Source of the DNA: Spirochaetia bacterium
GTDB taxonomy: Bacteria > Spirochaetota > Spirochaetia > DSM-2461
Reading direction: 5' to 3'
DNA length: 64,000 nt
Assembly: GCA_963666985.2 (NCBI GenBank)
Contig: CAXXIA010000001.1
Location: forward strand, 896,001-960,000
The position numbers and the translations under genes are program-made. The stretch's first letter is position 1, and every line of letters begins with the position of its first letter. Below, piece after piece: positions 10,556-20,768 of this stretch. The notes beneath the pieces were generated by a model that saw only the letters and a program-made list of their open reading frames with translations, searched no databases and was not told where the DNA came from.

Positions 10556-11347
10556 CTAGAGGTCGTCACCATCGGTAACGAGATCGGCAAGTCCTCCGAC
10601 GTCTTCATCATCGAATTCGTAAGCTTCCGCAACCGGTTCGCCGCCTTCTTCCCAGAAAAGGATACGGCTGCAGTACGGGCAGAACTGAATTTCCTTCCCG
10701 CCGCGGACATCGTTTACGAATTGCGCCGGAAGCACCATATGACAGCCGCTGCAGACATTGGCCCTTACAGGAACGATACCTACGCCCGATTTATTCCGGA
10801 TAATTCGCTGGAACTTAAAAAGAATATCATCGTCCATTTCCGGCGTAACCTTGCTTTCTTCCATTGCAAGCGATGCAAGCTCGGACTCTTTTTTACTGGT
10901 TTCAGCCTTAATTTTGTCGTTTTCGGCTTTCAGCTCGTCTTCCTGCATCTTGATCATCTGCTCTTCCCGTTCGAGACTTTCCCGCATTTCTTCAAGATCG
11001 CGTTCGCTCTTCTGAATTTCCCGCCGAAAACGCTGCTCTTTTTCCGTCGCGTCACGGATTTCCTTATCCAGCGCCTCATATTCCCGCTGAGTGGTAATCA
11101 CGTCCATGCGCTTCTCGAATTCCTCGCGAAGTCTTTCCGCCTCGCCCATCTCAAACGTCAGGTGCTTGATTTCACTTTTCGTCGATTCAAATTCTTCATT
11201 TTTCTCAACATAGGATTTCTTGAGTCTGTTGAGAATCTCCTGTTTTGTTTCAAGCGCTTTCGGGATTTCCAGAATATCGCGTTCGATGGCGTATTTCTTA
11301 GAGAGTATTTCCTGGAGTTGCTGCAGAGTTTCGAATGTTTTTTCCAT
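10556..11347 (-). CDS. Coiled-coil C4-type zinc-ribbon protein (DUF164; CT398/HP0958-like)
   Basis: Long coiled coil, REYEAL, CSGCHM...CPYCSRIL, acidic tail; follows rpoD. Confidence 0.9.
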   Translation of the reverse strand: MEKTFETLQQLQEILSKKYAIERDILEIPKALETKQEILNRLKKSYVEKNEEFESTKSEIKHLTFEMGEAERLREEFEKRMDVITTQREYEALDKEIRDATEKEQRFRREIQKSERDLEEMRESLEREEQMIKMQEDELKAENDKIKAETSKKESELASLAMEESKVTPEMDDDILFKFQRIIRNKSGVGIVPVRANVCSGCHMVLPAQFVNDVRGGKEIQFCPYCSRILFWEEGGEPVAEAYEFDDEDVGGLADLVTDGDDL

Positions 11348-11368
11348 TTTTCTGGCCTCGTCGAGTTC

Positions 11369-13357
11369 TTAGTTTTCGAGATAATCCTTCAAACGCCGGC
11401 TCCGTTTCGGATGCCGCAGACGTCTGAGCGCTTTCGCTTCGATTTGCCGGATTCTCTCACGCGTGACGTTGAAGTACAATCCCACTTCTTCAAGTGTGAG
11501 AGAATATCCGTCTTCCAGACCGAAGCGCATTTTCAACACTTCCTGTTCCCTTGGGGGAAGTGTTTCAAGAACATCCTGAAGCTGTTCTTGAAGAATCCGG
11601 AAGGCCGTCTGGCTTGCCGGGTTTTCAACGTCTTTATCTTCAATGAAGTCGCCCAGGAGAGAATCTTCTTCTTCACCGATGGGAGTTTCAAGGCTTATCG
11701 GCTCTCGGGCGACGTTTTTAACGGATTTTACCCGGGCCACAGTCCAGCCCAATCGTTCGGCGACTTCCTCGTCGGTGGGCTCCCGGCCTTTCATCTGCAT
11801 AAGCTGACGGGATTCCCTGACGACTTTGTTGATCTGTTCGATCATGTGGACCGGAACGCGGATGGTTCTCGCCTGATCGGAAATCGAGCGTGTGATGGCC
11901 TGTCTGATCCACCATGTCGCATAGGTTGAGAATTTATATCCCTTTCGGTATTCAAATTTCTCAACGGCTTTAATCAGTCCGATATTTCCTTCCTGGACAA
12001 GATCGAAAAAATGAAGACCGCGATTCGTGTATTTCTTTGCGATGCTGACCACAAGGCGAAGGTTGGCCTTGATCAACCGGTCCTTTGCCGTTTTCATCAT
12101 GACGCGTCCGCGGCTGATTTCTTCGGCCATTTCCAGAATGTCGTCAACGGAAGCTTCGAAATCAATCTCCATGTCCTGGAGCATTTTTTCGGTAACCTGA
12201 ACCTGCCGGATCAATTCTTTGATTTCGTCGGAGCTGAGTCCCAGTCTCTCTTCAATCTCTTCACGTTCACCGGATTTTGCCAGGCCTCGTCCGATGGCGC
12301 GGATTTCACGCATGGAACGGACACCCAAGGTCCTCTCTATGCGGTATTGCTTCTGCTGGTATTGCTTGATTTTTTTTACGGCCGCCGCATACCGATCCGA
12401 GAATCTGACGATTTCTTCCTGATGAATATCGATTTCGCTGATGCCCTGAAGAAGACTCTCGCGTTTTGAAACAAGCCTTTTATCGGTGATGACATCACCG
12501 TCGGTAACGGCGATTCTATTCTTTAATTCCATATACTGCTTCAGGGGAGCGGCAAGGCCCTTGAAGGCATCTTTATAGAATTGATTGATTCTGCGGCGCT
12601 CGGCCAGGAAATCCGAAATTTCCTTTTTTGAGAAATTCAAATCACGGGGATCGGTCTTGCTGAATGCTTTGCTGGCGAGCTCATGAAATTCAGGAATAAT
12701 CATTCCCGAGGTTTTCAAGACTTTCTTGATGATGTTCTCGCCATCTTCCATCTGTTTCGAGAGTTCCACTTCCTGCTCGGCCGTGAGCAGGTTTTCCTTG
12801 CCGATTTCCCTGAGGTAGAGCCGAATGGGATCGTCGACGGAAGAATCTTTGTCGTTGAATACCAGCTTTCTGTTCCGGTCGTCCCGGATCAGCTGCTGAT
12901 CGTCATCATCACTCTCGTCGCTTTCATCATCCTCGTCGTCGTCCTCGTCGTCGTCGATTTCATCCTCATCATCATCGACATCCGCATGATCCTCATCATC
13001 GTCGATATCGATGTCGTCGTCGATTTCATGATCCACATCGGATTCGTCATCCTTGTCGAGATCAAGATCAGGACTCTCCTCGTCGTCATCCAGCATGACA
13101 TCGTCGTCTTCGGTTTCATCCTCATCATCATGTTCTTCGTCGTGTTGTCCGCGGCCGTCGACGTTTGAGCTGTTTCTTCCTTCTTCTGTTATCTCAACGC
13201 CCGACGATTCCAATAAAGCAATGATATCGTTCATTGTATCGGAATGGACCATATCATCGGGGAGCCAATCGCTTATTTCGTCATAACTGATTGTCTTGCT
13301 CTTTTCAGCGTAATCCAAGAGCTTGGCAACCATGGGATTAGACCTGATTTCCAACAT
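11369..13357 (-). CDS. rpoD: RNA polymerase primary sigma factor
   Basis: [55 protein letters not shown]. Confidence 0.98.
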   Translation of the reverse strand: MLEIRSNPMVAKLLDYAEKSKTISYDEISDWLPDDMVHSDTMNDIIALLESSGVEITEEGRNSSNVDGRGQHDEEHDDEDETEDDDVMLDDDEESPDLDLDKDDESDVDHEIDDDIDIDDDEDHADVDDDEDEIDDDEDDDEDDESDESDDDDQQLIRDDRNRKLVFNDKDSSVDDPIRLYLREIGKENLLTAEQEVELSKQMEDGENIIKKVLKTSGMIIPEFHELASKAFSKTDPRDLNFSKKEISDFLAERRRINQFYKDAFKGLAAPLKQYMELKNRIAVTDGDVITDKRLVSKRESLLQGISEIDIHQEEIVRFSDRYAAAVKKIKQYQQKQYRIERTLGVRSMREIRAIGRGLAKSGEREEIEERLGLSSDEIKELIRQVQVTEKMLQDMEIDFEASVDDILEMAEEISRGRVMMKTAKDRLIKANLRLVVSIAKKYTNRGLHFFDLVQEGNIGLIKAVEKFEYRKGYKFSTYATWWIRQAITRSISDQARTIRVPVHMIEQINKVVRESRQLMQMKGREPTDEEVAERLGWTVARVKSVKNVAREPISLETPIGEEEDSLLGDFIEDKDVENPASQTAFRILQEQLQDVLETLPPREQEVLKMRFGLEDGYSLTLEEVGLYFNVTRERIRQIEAKALRRLRHPKRSRRLKDYLEN

Positions 13358-15143
13358 CCTTACCTTGCCTGATTTCCAATATCTGCCGGTCTATTTCCTG
13401 TATACGCAGAATGCGTTCATTCAACAAACCGGAATCACCATTATTATCCCGATTCAGTCCCCTAACGAGTTCCGCCCGTTCCTCGGAAAGGGATCTTGCT
13501 TTAATTGCACGTATCAATGTCTCTATTGTCTCTTCAGCACGTTCGTCAAAAACAGCGCTGGAAGCTTGTCTGAGAATGAAATCCTTCAGTGATTCATCCT
13601 CAAGTTCCGCAAGAATCGCATCCGTTCGCGGAACAATTCCGCCCGCGCTTAATTCATCCATAATCCTGTATACGGATAAAGCTCGCCTATCCCGAAGAAT
13701 TTCGGGTGCGAGCATCTGCCTTAACGCGGTGAAATATTCTGATCGTACGGCTACGGCCGCCATCAGGTACAATTCATCACCGGCGGAAGAATCGCCGTCG
13801 GTTTCCAAACTGTAGCGTTTCATCATACCGGCCTTTTTTATTTTGATCGATGAGCGATCCGGTTTTCGGTTTCGGAAGTCGCGGATTACCGTTACCGGGT
13901 CTGCTTTCATCGCGTCGGCCAGTTGTCGAAGATACGCCTCCTGTCTGACTTCCGATCCTACCGATTCAAGATAGGGCGTCAGTTCCTCCAGGGCCTCCTC
14001 TTGCGCCTCGCCGGAGATATCCGTTTTGGCACTAATCAGATAATTTAACAAGAAATCAAAGAAAAAAACAGGTTTTTCAATTCTTTTTTTCAAATATTCG
14101 GGCCCGTCACGCTTCAGAATGTCCGAAGGATCGGAATTCTCCGGAAGAGGGACCGCCTGAACGTTCAAACCGGTCTTCTCGGAAAGAATGGCGGCTTTTA
14201 TCGAGGCTTTTCGTCCCGCGCCGTCCGCATCGAACATCAGCACGATATTATCGGCCTGACGCTTTAAGAGGGCGGCCTGTTCTTCGGTGAAGGCCGTTCC
14301 CAAAGGGGCGACGATTTCTTCAATACCCGCCTGCATGCAGGAGAGAACGTCGAGGTTCCCTTCACAGAGAACTACATTCCGTTTTTTTCGAATAGCCTGC
14401 TTGGCTTGCCCCAAACCGTAAAGTTCCCTGCTCTTTCTATAAAGTCTGGTTTCGGGAGAATTGATATATTTCGGTCCTTTATCCGAGAGAGCCCGCCCGC
14501 TGAAGGCGACAACGCGTTCGGTATCGGGCATAACGGGAAACATAAGGCGGTCGACGAAGTAGGCCCAGGATGCGGATTTACGGCTGAAAAGACCGGATTC
14601 GGCTAAAAACGCAGGTGTGTAGTTTTTCGACAGAAGAAAGCCGTAAAGCCATTCTCCATCCGCCGGCGCCCATCCTATGTCGTAGAGTTCCGCCGTTTCG
14701 CCGTTAATGCCCCTCATGGCAAGATATTCCCGGGCGTGCGCGGCTTCCGGCTGATTTAAAAGGAGCCAGCGAAACATTTTCGAAACTCTTAAATATAAAT
14801 CCTGCAGGGCTTTCCGGTTGTCCCGCTCGTTTTCCCCTCCTCCCGTTTCCGGTATGTCGACACCGACCTTCTCACCCAGTCTTCTCACGGCATCGGGGAA
14901 ACTTAAGCTCTCCATTTCCATCAGAAATTGGAAAATGCCGCCGCCTTTATGACATCCGAAGCAGTAAAAAAGATTTGTATCGGGACTGACCGAAAAGGAC
15001 GGCGTACTTTCCGAATGAAACGGACAGAGTCCCCACCACCGGTCTCCTTTGCGGGAAAGATTTACGTAGCCGCCGACAACCTCCAGAATATCGGCTTTGC
15101 GTCCGATTTCATCAATTATGGAATCGGGTATCCTGTTTCCCAC
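13338..15143 (-). CDS. dnaG: DNA primase
   Basis: CPFH..TPSF, CFGC zinc finger, [18 protein letters not shown]. Confidence 0.97.
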   Translation of the reverse strand: MGNRIPDSIIDEIGRKADILEVVGGYVNLSRKGDRWWGLCPFHSESTPSFSVSPDTNLFYCFGCHKGGGIFQFLMEMESLSFPDAVRRLGEKVGVDIPETGGGENERDNRKALQDLYLRVSKMFRWLLLNQPEAAHAREYLAMRGINGETAELYDIGWAPADGEWLYGFLLSKNYTPAFLAESGLFSRKSASWAYFVDRLMFPVMPDTERVVAFSGRALSDKGPKYINSPETRLYRKSRELYGLGQAKQAIRKKRNVVLCEGNLDVLSCMQAGIEEIVAPLGTAFTEEQAALLKRQADNIVLMFDADGAGRKASIKAAILSEKTGLNVQAVPLPENSDPSDILKRDGPEYLKKRIEKPVFFFDFLLNYLISAKTDISGEAQEEALEELTPYLESVGSEVRQEAYLRQLADAMKADPVTVIRDFRNRKPDRSSIKIKKAGMMKRYSLETDGDSSAGDELYLMAAVAVRSEYFTALRQMLAPEILRDRRALSVYRIMDELSAGGIVPRTDAILAELEDESLKDFILRQASSAVFDERAEETIETLIRAIKARSLSEERAELVRGLNRDNNGDSGLLNERILRIQEIDRQILEIRQGKDVGNQV

Positions 15144-15146
15144 TCT

Positions 15147-16247
15147 TTAATCCTTAACGACATACTGTTTCAGATAAGCTTCCCGCGCATTGAGATGGTC
15201 GCTGTATGAGCGGGAAAAAACATGAGTCCCGGCCGCCGGATCTTTAACAACGAAGAAAAGCGCATCGGTTTCCGCGGGGAAAAAAGCGGCTTCCAATGCG
15301 ATTTTTCCGGGAATTGAAATGGGTCCCGGAGGAAGTCCTTTGTTTCTGTATGTGTTGTAGGGCGAAGGGATATCGAGAAAATGCTCGAAGATGCGCCTGC
15401 CGTAGGCATGATATTCGTTTCGATACGGCTCACCTTCTTCGGTTTCTTCAATAACGTAGACGACGGTGGCACAGGACTGCAAACCGATGGTTCCGTCGAT
15501 GATGCGGTTGTTGAAGACCGCCGCTATCATGGGTGCTTCTTCGGGAACCCTGTATTCACGTTCCACAATGGATGCCAATGTGATTTTTTCGTGAAGCCGC
15601 AAGGGAGTGAGATTCTTCCAGGAAGGATCGATGTCGTTCAGCACCGTGAAGAAATTATCGGCCATCTGGCGAATAATCTCTTCGGCCGTTTCTTCCGAAG
15701 ACGTGCCGTCCAAGGGCTTTTCGATTTTGTATGTATCGGGAAAAAGGTATCCCTGGAGGCCCTCCGGCCGCTGAAGAATCGGATATTCCGAAGAAAGGCT
15801 CCGTATCGCGTTCAAGACATCCTTGCTTTGCGCCAATCCGGCCTCTTCAATACGTTCGGCAATCCGGGAGGATGTGAGACCCGGAGGAATCGTCAAATCG
15901 ATATTAACCCGATCCGATGCGCCGGGAGCGGTTAGAACGGCGATGTACTCCGAAGGCTTCAGGCCGCGCCGAAGGGCAAAACGTCCGGCTTGGATTTTCC
16001 CGGCAAGATCCAGTTTGGAAAGAATCTTATACCGCCATATAAGATAGTTCGCGTTTTTTATGAGACCCTCTTCTTCAAGCAATCGGGCCGTTTCGGGAAA
16101 AAGCATTCCTTTGGTTACGATGATTTCGACTTTTCCCGAGCCCTCAACGGGGCTGTCCGGGACGAACCAGAACACGGCGGCGGCAATCACCGCAAGAAGT
16201 GGAATGGACAATACGGCCGTCAGTATCGTTCCGCGCGCCTTACTCAT
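15147..16247 (-). CDS. mltG: Endolytic transglycosylase MltG
   Basis: GYLFPDTY, LASIVERE, SPYNTY..GLPPGPI, LFFV; start at ATG 16247. Confidence 0.93.
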   Translation of the reverse strand: MSKARGTILTAVLSIPLLAVIAAAVFWFVPDSPVEGSGKVEIIVTKGMLFPETARLLEEEGLIKNANYLIWRYKILSKLDLAGKIQAGRFALRRGLKPSEYIAVLTAPGASDRVNIDLTIPPGLTSSRIAERIEEAGLAQSKDVLNAIRSLSSEYPILQRPEGLQGYLFPDTYKIEKPLDGTSSEETAEEIIRQMADNFFTVLNDIDPSWKNLTPLRLHEKITLASIVEREYRVPEEAPMIAAVFNNRIIDGTIGLQSCATVVYVIEETEEGEPYRNEYHAYGRRIFEHFLDIPSPYNTYRNKGLPPGPISIPGKIALEAAFFPAETDALFFVVKDPAAGTHVFSRSYSDHLNAREAYLKQYVVKD

Positions 16248-16404
16248 CCGTTTTCTCCGCAAGATCGTTTATAGTCAATCTGTCCCAAAGGCGTTCTTCC
16301 AATTTTTTAAGTACGGGTATAAGACTTTCATCAAGATCGTTTTTTCTTTTTTCAAGAAATTTCCATAATATTTTCGCCTCGGCTTCGGTCAAGACGATGT
16401 TCAA
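16240..16404 (-). CDS. Small hypothetical protein (54 aa)
   Basis: TTG start 4 nt after the MBL-gene stop; stop overlaps the mltG start (GATGAGTAA); amphipathic helical sequence fills the gap. Confidence 0.6.
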   Translation of the reverse strand: MNIVLTEAEAKILWKFLEKRKNDLDESLIPVLKKLEERLWDRLTINDLAEKTDE

Positions 16405-16408
16405 ATTC

Positions 16409-17362
16409 TTAGAGTTCAAATTGAAAACCTTCGCGAGCCAAATCAATGCTGAGGGTTTTTTTCCCTTTCTGTTCCAAACGGCTGTCGAACCATTTTGCCG
16501 ATCGCAGGATTCCTTCCATGACGGTATCGCCGTTGAGCGGTTCATGATGGAATAAATAAAGTTTCTTTATTCCGAATTCACGGGCGAATTCCACGGCCAG
16601 ACTGTATGAAGAATGTCCCCAGTTGTATTTTTCAATGGCCTCGCCGAGCGTATATTGCGCATCGAGCACAATGGCGTCGGCGTCTTGGAAATAAGAAATA
16701 TTCTTTTCTGTTCTCCGAAAATCCTTTTCCGATAATTCCGTATCCGTTGAGTAGATAAAAGATCGGGAAGCTTCGGAAACCTTATAGGAAATGCTTCCGT
16801 TCGGATGATTTCGTTTAATCCAGTCGATTTCGGCGCCGCCGATGTTAATCGATTCGTTCTTTCCGAGAACACGAAAGGATATTTTCGCGGCGAAACTGTC
16901 CCATCCGACCGGATGGTAAGGCTTAACCATGAATTTTGCGAGGATTCGCTTCATCGCCGGATAGGGGCTGTAAAAAGTTACACGGACTTTGGGATTGTAC
17001 ATCGCACCGAAATACGGCAGTCCCAACAGATGGTCGTAATGGAAGTGGGATAAAAAGATATGATATTCGAGGATGTCTTCACGGATTTTCCGCGTCCGTT
17101 TCTCCAGTTCCCGAAGTCCCGTTCCCGTATCCAGGACAATCATTGCACCCTCGGCCGTTCTGACTTCGATACAGGCCGTATTTCCGCCCGATGTTCCGAA
17201 AATCTCCGGTGGAAGATTGCCGAGAAAACGCTGGCGCGTATCGCTGTTGACAAGATCTGCGGGCTTAACCCTTTGGAGAACCGCGGAAATTTTATTCCTG
17301 ATTTCTTCAGGCGCCAAGGGTGTCGGACTTGAGCCTCTGACGCCCCAGAAACGAACAATCAT
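16409..17362 (-). CDS. MBL-fold metallo-hydrolase
   Basis: FWGVRGS, GGNTAC, LDTGTG, SHFHYDHLLG, TDTE, WGHSS, FHHEP; SD GGAGG. Confidence 0.9.
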   Translation of the reverse strand: MIVRFWGVRGSSPTPLAPEEIRNKISAVLQRVKPADLVNSDTRQRFLGNLPPEIFGTSGGNTACIEVRTAEGAMIVLDTGTGLRELEKRTRKIREDILEYHIFLSHFHYDHLLGLPYFGAMYNPKVRVTFYSPYPAMKRILAKFMVKPYHPVGWDSFAAKISFRVLGKNESINIGGAEIDWIKRNHPNGSISYKVSEASRSFIYSTDTELSEKDFRRTEKNISYFQDADAIVLDAQYTLGEAIEKYNWGHSSYSLAVEFAREFGIKKLYLFHHEPLNGDTVMEGILRSAKWFDSRLEQKGKKTLSIDLAREGFQFEL

Positions 17363-17393
17363 ATGTCCTCCGTCAGCTCATAGTATCCTATCA

Positions 17394-17843
17394 TTATGGT
17401 GTTATTAAAGTTTGACGTTCCCGTTTTCGAATCTCCCTTCTTATCTCTCGGGCCGAATGTTTTTTGCCGCGATTGATTCCCGGACACTCCAGCGACTCCC
17501 TCTCCCAGTTTTCCGGAGCGCCCATGATCGAGGGCCAGAACGGATACGTTCGGCATTGGAGAGGTCTGGCCCGGTAAACGGTACAGCCGTCCGACCAAAA
17601 AATACAATCATTATTGTCTTTTTCGGTCAGGCTCAGTCGGTTGGTAATTCCTAAGTTAACGATTCTGCAATAATTGGCTAAGAAAACTTTATCGGTGATT
17701 TTCAGATGGTTCGAGAGCGTTTCGACATCATCATCGGAAAGAAAAACATAACCCGGTTCATACCGGCAGCAATGTCCGCAGGACGTGCATGTGAATTGAA
17801 GCCCGTCGTACCAGAAGGAATCACTTTTATTTCCGTTACTCAT
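17394..17843 (-). CDS. YkgJ-family cysteine cluster protein
   Basis: CTSCGHCC, CIF..GCTVY.ARPLQCRTYPFW, CPGI; start 17843 or 17858. Confidence 0.88.
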   Translation of the reverse strand: MSNGNKSDSFWYDGLQFTCTSCGHCCRYEPGYVFLSDDDVETLSNHLKITDKVFLANYCRIVNLGITNRLSLTEKDNNDCIFWSDGCTVYRARPLQCRTYPFWPSIMGAPENWERESLECPGINRGKKHSAREIRREIRKRERQTLITP

Positions 17844-17859
17844 AAGATAATCATCCAAT

Positions 17860-17888
17860 GAAAACGGCCTCCCAGCGGAGGCCGTTTC
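17860..17888 (-). terminator. Hairpin downstream of the tRNA pair
   Basis: AAACGGCCTCC-loop-GGAGGCCGTTTT on the minus strand. Confidence 0.6.
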
Positions 17889-17902
17889 TGAATAATCGGA
17901 AT

Positions 17903-17983
17903 TGGGGAGAGAAGGATTCGAACCTTCGAAGCCTAAGCAACAGATTTACAGTCTGCCCCCTTTGACCGCTCGGGAACCTCCCC
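17903..17983 (-). tRNA. tRNA-Tyr(GTA)
   Basis: GGGGAGG/TCTCCCC-A acceptor stem, anticodon loop CTGTAAA, long variable arm, GGTTCGAATCC; CCA not encoded. Confidence 0.95.
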
Positions 17984-18011
17984 GATTCAACACCGACTTT
18001 TTGAATCGGCC

Positions 18012-18085
18012 AGCCAACTGTCGGATTCGAACCGACGACCCCGAGATTACAAATCACGTGCTCTGGCCAGCTGAGCTAAGTTGGC
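18012..18085 (-). tRNA. tRNA-Thr(TGT)
   Basis: GCCAACT/AGTTGGC-T acceptor stem, TAGCTCAGCTGG, loop TTTGTAA, GGTTCGAATCC. Confidence 0.95.
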
Positions 18086-18116
18086 GTCCGACGCCGAAAT
18101 CGCGTCGTCGAAGGGG

Positions 18117-18146
18117 AAAGTAACACCACCTGAGCAAATGTGTCAA
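18117..18146 (-). promoter_or_regulatory. Sigma70 promoter of the tRNA operon
   Basis: TTGACA-18-(TGt)TACTTT. Confidence 0.6.
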
Positions 18147-18844
18147 CAGGGCTCCCGATTCATCCATTCGGGGAAGCCGAGGACTTGGGCCCCATCCGCG
18201 CGGATTATAAGGGTTACCTCATAATGCGCCGAAGGTTCACCGTCCGTGGTTCGGGCGCTTCCGTCGGGTGATATCGCGATTTCGCCGCTTCCCGTTGTAA
18301 AGATCGGTTCCACCGAATAAACGGATTCGGCCTGCAGCGGAGAATGCGGCCTTCCATCGTATGTAATGGACGGCGGTTCGTGAACTCTTCTGCCGATTCC
18401 ATGTCCGGCGCCTTCGGATATAAGGGCGACTCCCCATCGGCGGGAGATTCGGGCTATCTTTTCCGAACCGGGTATTCCGTTCGAACCGACGAGCATGGCC
18501 GAAGCGGCTTCCTTCATGCCGACAAGAGCGGCTTTCATCAATTCACGGCGCTTTTCGTCGATGCTCCCGACGGCGAAGGTCCTGGCCGAATCGGCCCACC
18601 ATCCGTGATGCGAACAAGCTATGTCCATCGTGACGATTTGTCCCTCTTCCAGAATCCTGGATCCGGGAGGACCGTGCCAGACGATTTCTTCGGGAGAGAC
18701 ATGTATGATGACTCCGGGATCGGCTCCTTCGTCTTGCAGCGCGCAATAGGCCTTTCGGGCTAAAAAGTCGGTCGTAATTCCGGGAATGATGTTTTTTTGG
18801 GTGAGTTCCAGAACCTTATGAATCATTCCGGCCGCTTTGTTCAT
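18143..18844 (-). CDS. M24-family metallopeptidase (divergent methionine aminopeptidase-like)
   Basis: VWHGPP, MDIA...WADSART, GHGIG..VHEPP, VEP, SAHYE; start probably ATG 18844 (18958 would overlap glgA by 143 nt). Confidence 0.8.
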   Translation of the reverse strand: MNKAAGMIHKVLELTQKNIIPGITTDFLARKAYCALQDEGADPGVIIHVSPEEIVWHGPPGSRILEEGQIVTMDIACSHHGWWADSARTFAVGSIDEKRRELMKAALVGMKEAASAMLVGSNGIPGSEKIARISRRWGVALISEGAGHGIGRRVHEPPSITYDGRPHSPLQAESVYSVEPIFTTGSGEIAISPDGSARTTDGEPSAHYEVTLIIRADGAQVLGFPEWMNREPC

Positions 18845-20351
18845 GGCGGAAAGATCGAAGATGTCGGATGTTGCGGATTGCTTTGCGATAGAGGGGAAGA
18901 TATCCTCGAACAAGGACCTTCCGCCAGGATCTTTTTCCATATACGATATTTTCGGCATGACGCCGCATCATCCATACCCACGTTTTTGCCTTATCTTCAA
19001 GCCACAGTGCTTTTTCCAGAGTTTTCCCGAGTCCGTTTTCGGCATGATGAGAATAACTGAAACCGTCTCTGAAATGGCGGATTTTCTTAAGACCGCCGAC
19101 GCGTCTGACAATGGGAAGGGCGCCGGAGAGCTGTCCGATCATATCGATCTGCCCGCAGGGTTCCCAGAGCGAAGGAACGATGACGAAGGAGGATGCGCAA
19201 AAAAGCCGGTTGGTCCAATCTTTATCGTAACCGTTGAAGAAAGTCCAATGATCCGATCGGTCGCATTGAGCCTCCAGAGCGTCTTCCCAAACCGGATCAC
19301 CCTGACCATAGACAATCATCGCATAGGGTATGGAGGTGTGTTTCACAATCGGCAGGCCGAGCAGTTCCTCCATGCCTTTCTGCTCGGTGAAGCGGTTATG
19401 AAAGAGAACCCAGGGAACCGACGGATCGGGGCAGGCCCCGATATATTCGATTCCTTCGGGCAAACCTTGGTAGATCATGGCGGTGATTTCCCGGCGCATG
19501 GTCTCTTTATGAAAGGATTTCCCTTTTTCAGCGGATGCGCAGAATCCCCATAATCGGGGATCGATTCCGTTCGTTATTCCCTTGGGACGAAGACCGATAT
19601 TTCTGTAAGCGGCGCCCAGTCCTCCCGTATATTGATCTTTCTTGGAAATAATCTCACGAGCGTAGCCGGGTGAAACCGTATTAACTTCGGCGAAAATGCC
19701 CGCAATCAAGAGCGGGTTGACTTTCCCGTTGAGCAAACCGAGCCTCAGGTCCTCTTGGGAAAGTCCCGTCATCATTTCGGTCCTCTCCGGTGAGCCGAGG
19801 GCCTGCTGGTAGGCTTCTCCCGCATTGTGGATTGTAATCAGAACGCCCGTTCGTTCGAAAAAGCCGCCCTTTGCGGCATAGGGTTTGATGTAAAGGGGAA
19901 GAAGACCCGTATGTCCGTCATGTCCGTGAATGATGTCGGGAGGGCTTTCCTCTTCGAGAAGAGAACGGACCGCGCCGGACTGCAGAAGAACGTTCATCTG
20001 ATGAACATCAAGATGTCCTTTGCCGATCAATTCGGGCGAAGGCGCATCCTCTTCGGTGTATGTGTAGACCGCTTTCTTGTTTTGAAAGGCTTCCGCCGAC
20101 AAAAGGATGATTCTGATGCCGCCAAGGAAGCGAACGGACGCGCTTACCGTTACGAATTGACCGTTCACGGGTATCGAATAATCGCCGATTTTTTCTCCGG
20201 GTTCGACAAAACCGTATAAAGGCAGAACGACGGTGGTTTCGATTCCGCTTTCACTTAAGGCGTCGGCGATGCCGCGTACGGCGTCTTTGAGTCCTCCCGC
20301 TTCGGCCACGCCTTCCATTTCACGGGAGACGATACAGACTTTGCGAATCAT
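18816..20351 (-). CDS. glgA: Glycogen/starch synthase family glycosyltransferase (GT5)
   Basis: AEAGGL, IHGHDGHTG, TIHN, TVSPGYAREI, GITNGID, RFTEQKG, PSLWEPCG. Confidence 0.85.
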   Translation of the reverse strand: MIRKVCIVSREMEGVAEAGGLKDAVRGIADALSESGIETTVVLPLYGFVEPGEKIGDYSIPVNGQFVTVSASVRFLGGIRIILLSAEAFQNKKAVYTYTEEDAPSPELIGKGHLDVHQMNVLLQSGAVRSLLEEESPPDIIHGHDGHTGLLPLYIKPYAAKGGFFERTGVLITIHNAGEAYQQALGSPERTEMMTGLSQEDLRLGLLNGKVNPLLIAGIFAEVNTVSPGYAREIISKKDQYTGGLGAAYRNIGLRPKGITNGIDPRLWGFCASAEKGKSFHKETMRREITAMIYQGLPEGIEYIGACPDPSVPWVLFHNRFTEQKGMEELLGLPIVKHTSIPYAMIVYGQGDPVWEDALEAQCDRSDHWTFFNGYDKDWTNRLFCASSFVIVPSLWEPCGQIDMIGQLSGALPIVRRVGGLKKIRHFRDGFSYSHHAENGLGKTLEKALWLEDKAKTWVWMMRRHAENIVYGKRSWRKVLVRGYLPLYRKAIRNIRHLRSFRHEQSGRNDS

Positions 20352-20719
20352 CCCGTGCTGAAAAGGTCGGGCCGCAGAGCGGCGGCATCGCCGAGATAAA
20401 CCGGTTTTCCGGGAGATGTTCCCCGAAATGTTACGAGAATTCTAACGGTTTTGGGCATCATTCCCTCAACATTCGGTTCCTGAGCACAGAATAGAGGAAC
20501 GTTTGAGTATGCCGGAGCGGCTTCCCTGAGAGCCGCGGCCGCGTTTTTCTTCCCAAGGTCGGCCGTTTGCGTGAATTGGATGCTTATTATGTCTTGAGGC
20601 CGAAACAGGTTGGCTTTTTCAAGTTCTTCCATGAGGGAACCTATGCCTTCAGTCATGGTTGCGGCTTCATCATCGTCAAGGGTTGCGGCGCCTCTGACGG
20701 CGACGATGTTTGTTGTCAT
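20348..20719 (-). CDS. aroH: Chorismate mutase, AroH class
   Basis: AVRGAATL, IISIQFTQTADL, VPLFCAQE, VYLGDAAALRPDL. Confidence 0.9.
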   Translation of the reverse strand: MTTNIVAVRGAATLDDDEAATMTEGIGSLMEELEKANLFRPQDIISIQFTQTADLGKKNAAAALREAAPAYSNVPLFCAQEPNVEGMMPKTVRILVTFRGTSPGKPVYLGDAAALRPDLFSTG

Positions 20720-20725
20720 TCGGAA

Positions 20726-20755
20726 AAGATATCCTAAATGCGTGAATTACGTTAA
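20726..20755 (-). promoter_or_regulatory. Putative leaderless promoter of aroH-glgA-M24
   Basis: TTAACG-18-TATCTT-6 nt-ATG; no SD. Confidence 0.45.
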
Positions 20756-20768
20756 GCCGTTCGCCGAA

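Noticed and set aside
10295..11929. 544-aa + strand ORF
   Set aside because: Antisense to rnpB, the zinc-ribbon gene and rpoD; Phe/Leu-rich mirror of Glu/Lys codons; no motifs
12890..13150. TCA/TCG trinucleotide-like repeats as a microsatellite or CRISPR
   Set aside because: Imperfect and in frame; they encode the acidic RpoD tract. No repeat-spacer array was seen anywhere in the window
17903..18085. tRNAs as an integration site for an island
   Set aside because: No integrase and no duplicated tRNA 3' end in the window
17851..18123. Short ORFs over 17.9-18.1 kb
   Set aside because: They overlap the two tRNA genes
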